From Eledone cirrhosa (Eukaryota): a DNA stretch of 64,000 bases. How positions within the stretch are numbered: position 1 is the first letter of the stretch; each line of letters begins with the position of its first letter. The notes beneath the pieces were generated by a model, which ran no database searches, was not told the origin of the DNA, and saw only the letters and a list, made by a program, of their open reading frames with translations. A program made the position numbers and the translations under genes. The stretch is taken from contig OZ024743.1 of the NCBI GenBank assembly GCA_964016885.1, positions 16,120,001-16,184,000 of the forward strand, given 5' to 3'. Shown in pieces: positions 56,091 through 64,000 of the stretch.

Positions 56091-56132
56091 GTTATTATAC
56101 GTCCGTACGAAGCTAAGAAGAAAAGTGTGTGT
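52607..56132 (-). mobile_element. Near full-length Neptune-type PLE: pLTR (55638-56132), decayed RT-GIY-YIG ORF (~55620-53290), pLTR (52607-53110)
   Basis: LSEAERSLLARGL; DDIVIK.GGAVVVW; KIHKQNNPGRPIVS; GVAMG..GPNYAN; PCTRSRCNTCP; YIGQTG; direct terminal repeats. Confidence 0.92.
52761..52796 (-). ncRNA. Minimal type I hammerhead in pLTR (intact core); second copy 55747-55782 has CTGTTGA
   Basis: TCTT-CTGATGA-A-GGA CTAGCA TCC-GAAA-CG-TT-AGGA. Confidence 0.8.
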
Positions 56133-56572
56133 GTATATATATATATATAAACATTTAGATATATACACACACATATATACTTATATATATGTGTGTGTGT
56201 ATGCATGTTTGAATATATATACATCTTTTTTACCGTGAAAGGTGGACGTTAAACAACGAAGATGAGGCTGATGATACGTGTGCGTGTGTATGAATGTCTG
56301 TGCCTTTTCATATAGTGAGCAAATATATACACATGCATAAATGCATTTTAGAAATATAAATACGAAAACACACACAGTCATATTCTTATACAGCATACAA
56401 AAATAAAATTAAAAAACTAAATGTCTTTCCCTTTGAATTTTTTATCTTTTTTTATTCTTTTCATTTTGAGAGGTGGATGGGTTGGTGTATGGGGGTTTCT
56501 TTCATAAATATTTCAGCAATCATAAAATATGTAGTAAACCTTCGAGAAAATAATATATGAAAGACAATATAT

Positions 56573-56618
<46 letters not shown>

Positions 56619-57885
56619 GCATATATATAAATATATTTCAGATAGGAAGAACATAATTGATCACAAAAATCGCTTTGAATATATCCATCTATCACTCCCC
56701 CTCTCTCTTTCTCTCTCTCTCTATATATATATATAGACATGCATATATATAGAGAGAGAGAGGAAAAGAAATGCCTGTATATATAAACACACTTGTACAC
56801 ATACACATCCATATATATATACATCTCTGTGCATATATATATATATATATAATTATATATATATATATATGGGGGGGGGGCGTGTATCAGTGTGAGAGAA
56901 TGTAAAGGATGCAGAGGTGAGTGAAATATAAAGAAGAAGCAGTGGGAGATAAATAAAATATATTTTTTTCTCTTTATTATTTTAAATCTGTCATTCTGAA
57001 TCTGTTGTCAGTAACAATTATTATTATGATAATCTACATCATAATTTTCTGTTGTTGTTATTGTTGTTATTAATAGTAGTAGTATTAGTGGTAGTATTAT
57101 TATTAGTATTTGCAGAAGTAGTGTTATTATCATCATGATCATTCTTTTAACTTTGTTTTATTTAATTTTATATATATGTTTTTATATATATTTACCTACT
57201 TCAAATTCTTCCATTTGTTCATTCCCTAAGAATCTTCATTGATTCATGCTGCAACAGTGGAACCATATACTTTACTTTATATTCTTTACATTTATTTTAA
57301 ATATTTATCTTTTTCTTTTCTGCTTTTGTGTATATTTTGAATGTATCTTTATATTTTACTCTGTTGGCACCATTCCATTGACAATTTCACTGTTTCTTCA
57401 TTCTACTTTTGTGGTGTTTTTTATATGCAGAATAATGTCACTATGTTCCCCTTTTGGCAATAAAATTCACTCTCAAACCATGCTTCTATCTCTCTTTTTA
57501 TTTTGTAATCACACCCCTCACCCAGCTCTCTTATAATCCATGCTGCTTTTACAATGCCAGATCACATTTGTATATCATTTGCTTTCAGCATTTTATTTTC
57601 CTCCATTATTCGTTATTCGTTGTGGAAAGAACGAAGAGGAGTTTGAGGGCCTGACAAGTCAAGACGAAATGCTTTAAGTATTCAGTTCAATGTTTCTGAA
57701 TTCTAATATTAATTCTTGTTTTTACTATAGTGCATCTATGGTTGTATTTTTATTTTTTGCTTTTGTAAGTGCTGTTTTTTTTATATTATTAGTGAAAATA
57801 AAGGTAACTGTGACTGTGTCAATGAATATAGCTAAACTAGCCGAACGTTCAGCAGTTCATGTATTACACTTGGAACTGCATTTTA

Positions 57886-58326
57886 TCATCATCATCATCA
57901 CCGTTTTTACGTCCGTTCTTCCACGCTAGCATGGGTTAGATAGGTTGTCCTGTTGTGGGCAGTGTCCGGTTGGCTGACCTTGTCTTGCTCATACGGGAAC
58001 TGATTCTGGCTAGATTTCTACAACTGGATGCCCTTCCTAACACCAATCTCATTTACAGTGAGTGCTGGGTGCTTTTTTTCCGTGGCACCTACATGTCCAC
58101 TTTACAGTGTGAGCTGGGTACTTTTTTGCTGTGGCACCTCAACGACCACTTTGCAGTGGAATGATAGGGACTCCAGTCCTATCATCTCATTTCCACAGCT
58201 GAGTAAACTGGAGCAATGTGAAATAAAGTGTCTTGCTCAAGGAAACAACACTACACCTGGTCCGAGAATTAACTCACAACCTTCAATTGCAAGCCCAATG
58301 CTCTAACCACTAAGCCATGCGCCTTC
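57886..58326 (-). mobile_element. Full-length SINE family 1 with RTE tail
   Basis: GAAGGCGCATGGCTTAGTGGTTAGAGCATTGG head, core and (GAT)n tail. Confidence 0.9.
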
Positions 58327-58924
58327 ACTATCATGTCAGATGTTTGATTTCTTTTTTTATGGTTTCATTAGAGAAGGAAGGGCAAAGGCCATTAGTATTG
58401 CAAATGTATGTAGGAGAAATGGGAGGAAATACTTTTAATTATAATCCATAAGATGACTAAAAGTTCCCAAATAATAGGTGCTGGTTTTAATTGTGCAACT
58501 CATTAGATAGTTAACCCTTGAAAATCAAGTTGATATTGCCCTAAGTGCAGGTAGTGAACTTTTATATATTGAATCTAGAAAGAAAAGAGGCTAGTATAAA
58601 CTGCTATATGTATAATGTTAGTGTTAGGGTACATGAATGCCAGAACTCAAATAAGCTGAGAAAATCAGTATATAAGAGGAATCATCTATAGTGTTCCTAA
58701 GAGCAAATTGTACATGTACAGACATGGGTGTGAAAGATGACAATGGAAGAAACCTGTAGATTAGGAAGACCAATGACAATATGGAAAGATAAGAGAAGAT
58801 TGATCTCAGGATGTTGAGTGATATAGAAATGGGGACAAGGAAATATAAGTTGCAAGATATGCTGGTTAAGACACACACAGTTAATGCAAATTTGAGAAAA
58901 AACATAATAAATAACAATGGTTTC

Positions 58925-59102
58925 TTGTTTTGGCACAAGTCCAGCTATTATCTCAGTGCATTACTGGTACTTTATTTTATTGACCCTGTAAGGATGAAAG
59001 GCAAAGTTAACCTTAGCGGGAATTGAACTCAGATCATAAAGGGCCGCAACTCTATGCTGAAAAGCATGGCGTCCGACCCTCTACTGATACTGCCAATCTG
59101 CC
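58925..59102 (-). mobile_element. SINE family 2
   Basis: Homology to 37801-37984. Confidence 0.85.
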
Positions 59103-59347
59103 AACATATATAAATAATAATGGTAATCATCTATATACAACAGTAACGTGACTTTATATAATGGTTCATTGGTGGTAGTGCTAGTTTTTTTGTTGTTGTT
59201 GAGAAAGCTATCTACAAGTAATCAGAACCTTTCTCTAGTGATAGATTTATCTTTTATTTACTTTACACAATAAATTCAGGCAGAAGCCTCAATTTCATGA
59301 TCATCTTGATTTGGAGAATATTTTTTTGAAAATGTTTTTAAGGCATT

Positions 59348-59535
59348 GGTGGATTGGCAGTATTGATAGAAGGTCGGACGCCATGCTTTCATGCATAGAT
59401 TTACGGCTCTTGCCATTCTGAGTTCAAATCCCGCCGAGGTTAACTTTGCCTTTCATCCTTACGGGGTCGATAAAATAAAGTATCAGTAATGTACTGGGTA
59501 ATTGATGGCCTTGTGCCAAAAGTAGAAACAATTAT
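59348..59535 (+). mobile_element. SINE family 2 (inverted relative to 58925 copy, ~245 bp apart)
   Basis: GGTGGATTGGCAGTATTG...GAGTTCAAATCCCGCCGAGG...GCCTTTCATCCTTACGGGGTCGATAAAAT...GTAGAAACAATT. Confidence 0.9.
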
Positions 59536-61934
59536 TACTATATATTTCTAATGCTTCCATCATTCAGGTTTGACTATATATCTTTACCTGAAAAGTTTCT
59601 CATCAGGGAAAAGGCTTGTGTCAGAATTTTTCTTTCTACAGTTGCCAACACAGAAAACCTTCCCTTATAATGTTGTTAAAGAGAAAGACAAGAACTGATA
59701 CAACTTGGCACAGGTGTCAATGTAGGTGAATGCAGAAGGTGAAGAGCTGGAATAAATATTGCAAGGCATATTGTTGAACATTCTAACACTTCCACTAATC
59801 CATTACCGTGGATGATTGTACTATATGTTATTGACTGCTAGAAGGATGAAGGCAAAGTTGACCTTGCACTTAGTATACTTTGTATAGTTGGATGGAAGTG
59901 TTTGAAATCAGAGTATATGAAGACAAACCTAAATAATCTATAGGGCACTCAGCTTAGTTTTCAAGAATTTCTGCTACACACAAGGATAAAATTATATCAG
60001 AAAGACTACAAAATGAAAATATATAAATGCACATGTCCAATAAATTATGACTTGATTAATCTATTCTTGTTCTTTTGCTTGAAGTTGGCCTTGTGGCAAA
60101 CTATGAACAAAGAAATAGGAAAGGTTCTTGATCTTTAAACTGATATGATGTATTTGCAGTAGATGTTTCCTATATCTTGCTACTTATGATCATCACAGGA
60201 AGGAGCTCATGATGGGGAGTTGATTATAAGGGTTAGGCAAATGGAATTTGTGTCAATGCTTTTGATACAAAACCATCTGAAACCATATCTAATACTATGA
60301 GACAAAGCCTCTTACATTCATCAATATAAGTTATCATCTGCTCTTAGCAGGTTGAATAACATGGATCACCATCTCAAATTTTCTTGTTCAACGTTTGGAC
60401 ATTTAGTATATTTTGAGTCTGTGCGAGTCTTGATATTATTTGCCCATGAAATTCTCGATTTTCTAGTTTCATCTTTTCCCATTAAGTTTTCCTCCTTCTC
60501 TTCATCATCAACAACATTATCATAATCATCTAGTACTACCACTGCTTCTGTTCTTGTATGTAGAAATATAGCTTAGCCATGACTAAACAGTTCTATCATC
60601 AAAGTGCATTCTGGCCATGACCACTTCATCTTATTCAATGAGTCTTATTTCTAAATATTTTAATAACATTTCAACTGAGACCCCTTGCATTTATAATTCA
60701 AAATTATCCATATTAATGAATTTGTATTAAGATTTAATATTTAATCATTATTTTATGTAAGCACATTTTTGTTGTATTTCAAGCAACAGCATTATAGTGA
60801 AGAAGTTAAATACTATATTATATCTCTCCATTAGAAATGTAATCATGAAACTTTTAAAGATGTAAGAACGAGATTTTGGAAAGATTTATTGCTCTAGCAA
60901 GCATATCAAGTAAAAGCGTAAAGAGACCCTCATTCACTTGGGATATTTGTACCAACTATATAATGTTTCATCAGATAAATTTAAGAAGAAACAGTGATAA
61001 AAGCATTAAGTGAGAAAAACTTTAACAACACAAATTTAGAGCAAGTAGTATACAGTATGGAAAAATATTCCATGCCACACAGTTCATCAGGATTCATCAA
61101 AATCCATCATGTACCCTGATTTCATTTTCTGTAGCCTGCTAGATAAATAGTGTTTGCTAGCTCTTTCTCAAACTTCTTTCTTTTCTTGGATACTTGAAAG
61201 ATTTTATGTGATACCACATAACACAATCACAGTACAGTGTAGTCAACTCTGAGAGATGAAGTTAAACAGAAAATGAATTAATCTTTATCCTTCATTAGTA
61301 CTTTATTTTAGCAACCCCTTGCAAGGATGAAAAGCAAAGTTAATCTCAGTAGGATTTGAAATATGAAGGCAAAGATCCAAACAATTGCCACTATAACAAT
61401 TCTTTTCATCGAACACATTAGTAAAATAATACTAAATATCTTTTTATTGGGACCTGTGGGACACAACACAGAAAATATTTCAGTCTCAATGGAATTTCCT
61501 TCTTGCAACTTTCTAAATTATTATAAAACTGATCATACAGAAACGTATATTTGTTGAAGAAAAATATAGATATTTGCTAAATAGTTTTGGGATCACCTCT
61601 TCGTGTTGTTTCTTTTTATGGATTAGTGAGAGAAGGAGGGGTAGTGCTAATGAATTTGTTCAAAGCTTATAAGGTTGGTGGGAGGATGTTATTCTCCAAC
61701 CTGAAACCTAACTTGAATACTTGCAATAAAATGGACTCCGTTAAAGATATCTATGTTAAACTGGGTAATAAATTAAGATTAACTTCTAACTTGGGTTTGT
61801 ATATACATAATTGTTTCTACTTTTGGCAATGGGTATTAGGGAGATTTGTACTTATGAAATTGTGGTCAGTTATCTAGCACCTTGCCCTCACAACCTTTAT
61901 AATAAAAATTATGAGAGGAGCTATTTACTGTTAA

Positions 61935-62155
61935 CCCTTTAGCATTTAAACTTGCTGTATCTGGCCAGAATTCTCTCACCTCTTTCTGTTCAAACCGACT
62001 GTAACTGGACGCTCATACTTATGTTAAGGTATTGTTTACAAAATAAATAACATCAACAGCTCATAGATTCGATATTATGTAAGATAATTATGTGAGATAA
62101 AGCCTTTACAACATAAATACAATAGTTTATATAGAATAATGTAAATGCTAAAGAT
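61935..62155. mobile_element. piggyBac-type MITE
   Basis: TTAA|CCCTTTAGCATTTA ... TAAATGCTAAAGAT|TTAA. Confidence 0.65.
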
Positions 62156-63584
62156 TTAAAAAGCAAATGGTGTGTATTATATTTCAATGCATCAGAAACG
62201 GAATCATGAGTGATTTGCATGAAGGCACATGGCTAAAACAATATAGGATGTTATTTTATCCAAATCATGCTGTAATTGCTATTTACTGTAGCAATAGTTA
62301 ATTGTTGTCCTACAATATTTAATTTCAATTTTTTACACCTTGTGTTCAATTCTTGTCTAGAGCTAATTTGGTTTTTCCCCCTTCATCCATTGTTAAAATA
62401 AGTTATGATAAAATATAAGCATTTAAAAATAAACTCAGCTACTTTACCACTAAAATTGTATTAGGGCCTTGTCCAATGAAGAAATTTCAAAGAAAGTTAT
62501 GCTATATTTGTAACATTTTGAGAGGAATTTTACAAAGAATACAATACAATATATTTCATAAAATTACTGGTTATTTGAATTGCAGGATGGAAATGATCAA
62601 TTTGTCATTGTAATGACTGTTTCAAATGTGTGATTGCAACTAGAAAAATTGAAAGTCCTGAGACACATGCCATAACGGTCAAACATGCAATTACTATGGT
62701 TATTTTGTTTGGAAGCATCCTAAGCCACTGGAAGTTTGAATTATCAAAATCAACAAGATATTCCCTCCATCACGCATTTCAAGTCTCATTATAGAATTAT
62801 AAAGTGTAAATCCCTCCTGCCCTATTACAGAGAATCTAAATCTTTATGCAGTTCTTGAAATGATTAATGCTATTTTATGCAAGGCCAACTAAAGAATAAT
62901 GGCTTGAAATAATGTTGTTTCATGGCACAGAATTTCTGTTGATTCACAGATACTATTAGGATTTTATATTTACAGTTGTTTGCTGCAATGAAATAACACC
63001 TACAAAAACCACCACAAAAGACAAAAACGAATGCAAACACGAATGAATGTACACAAGCTGAGTTCAATACAAATAATGAAGGCAGTTGATTATACACTTT
63101 GACTTAGTAATTATACAATGTTTGTGAGATGTGCTGATGACAAATTATAGTTTCTATTCATAGCCTCTCAAGAGAAAAGGACCATTTAATGATTTACAGC
63201 ACATTTTAATCAGGAAATGAGAAGGATACATAAAAAAAGAACGTATTTGTTTTACTAGAAATACATTAAAGTGTACCTATTTTATTCAAATGATGAAATT
63301 ACATAAAAACGTATTTATTTAATTCCTTTTTTTCTATTTTGATTTGATCCAACCACTTCTACTGGGAACATGTCACAGTGTGATGAAGGTGGTGATTTGG
63401 AGCAGAGTGTGGTCTTCCTCTGTCTCTGAGGCCTGAGTAATTGGGGTTGAGGAATTGCTTACTAGCTGGTTGATTGGCATTCTACTTAGGTGACCATGCC
63501 ATTTGATGCATTGTTGAACTATGACCCAGTTGAATTATATAGCACCAACTATGTGTCCAATGTCTTCATTTCTGAACTGGTTCT

Positions 63585-64000
63585 TTCTGTAATGGGATAC
63601 TTAGAACAACAACTCTACCAAGAAATATAGGAAAAATATAGCACTGAAAGTACATTGAAAAGTCTTGGAAGAGATACCTTGAGGACTGTTTCATCATCTG
63701 GACAGAATCTCTAGATAGTCTGGATGAGTTCAATATCCTCCTGAATAATCTACACCCATCTCTCCAATTCACAAAAGCGATGAGTAGTACGAAATTACTA
63801 TTCCTAGATATAATGGTAATCAAAAACGAGACAACCATTACCACGGATATATATTATAAACACACAGACACCCATCAATATCTGAATTTTAAGTCGTGCC
63901 ATCCACCTCATACAAAACGCAACATCCCATACTGCCTAGCCAGAAGAAGTTGTACCATTATAGAAGATATGAATACCAGGAACACACGCCTAACAGAACT
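63585..64000 (+). mobile_element. PLE RT fragment (runs off window)
   Basis: MGYLEQQLY...WKRYLEDCFIIW...LNNLHPSLQFT...FLDIMV...TDIYYKHTDTHQYLNFKSCHPPHTKRNIPYCLARR. Confidence 0.88.

Overview
AT-rich eukaryotic (animal) genomic DNA. The SINE/RTE/Penelope repertoire and the (TA)n/(CA)n/(GAT)n microsatellites suggest a cephalopod such as an octopus (inference). No intact protein-coding gene is evident, and most ORFs in the track are microsatellite artefacts. The window is dominated by mobile elements: several Penelope-like element (PLE) families (GIY-YIG/RT fragments, a 4.8-kb head-to-head palindrome, a near full-length pLTR-ORF-pLTR copy), RTE and CRE-like LINE remnants, two tRNA-derived SINE families, a full-length decayed Tigger/pogo element, mariner and piggyBac-type MITEs, and a non-autonomous Helitron. 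Phase-compatible minus-strand exons of an unidentified, probably decaying host gene lie at about 2.4-19.4 kb. The most notable signal, read by eye, is about 15 type-I hammerhead ribozyme (HHR) motifs from several unrelated families. They include two non-coding ~450-500 nt HHR units built as partial tandem plus fold-back arm inside microsatellites (retrozyme-like or non-autonomous PLE), a U3-A8 covariant HHR family, and rearrangement junctions within 1-2 nt of predicted cleavage sites. Structures were not computed and coordinates may be off by a few nt.
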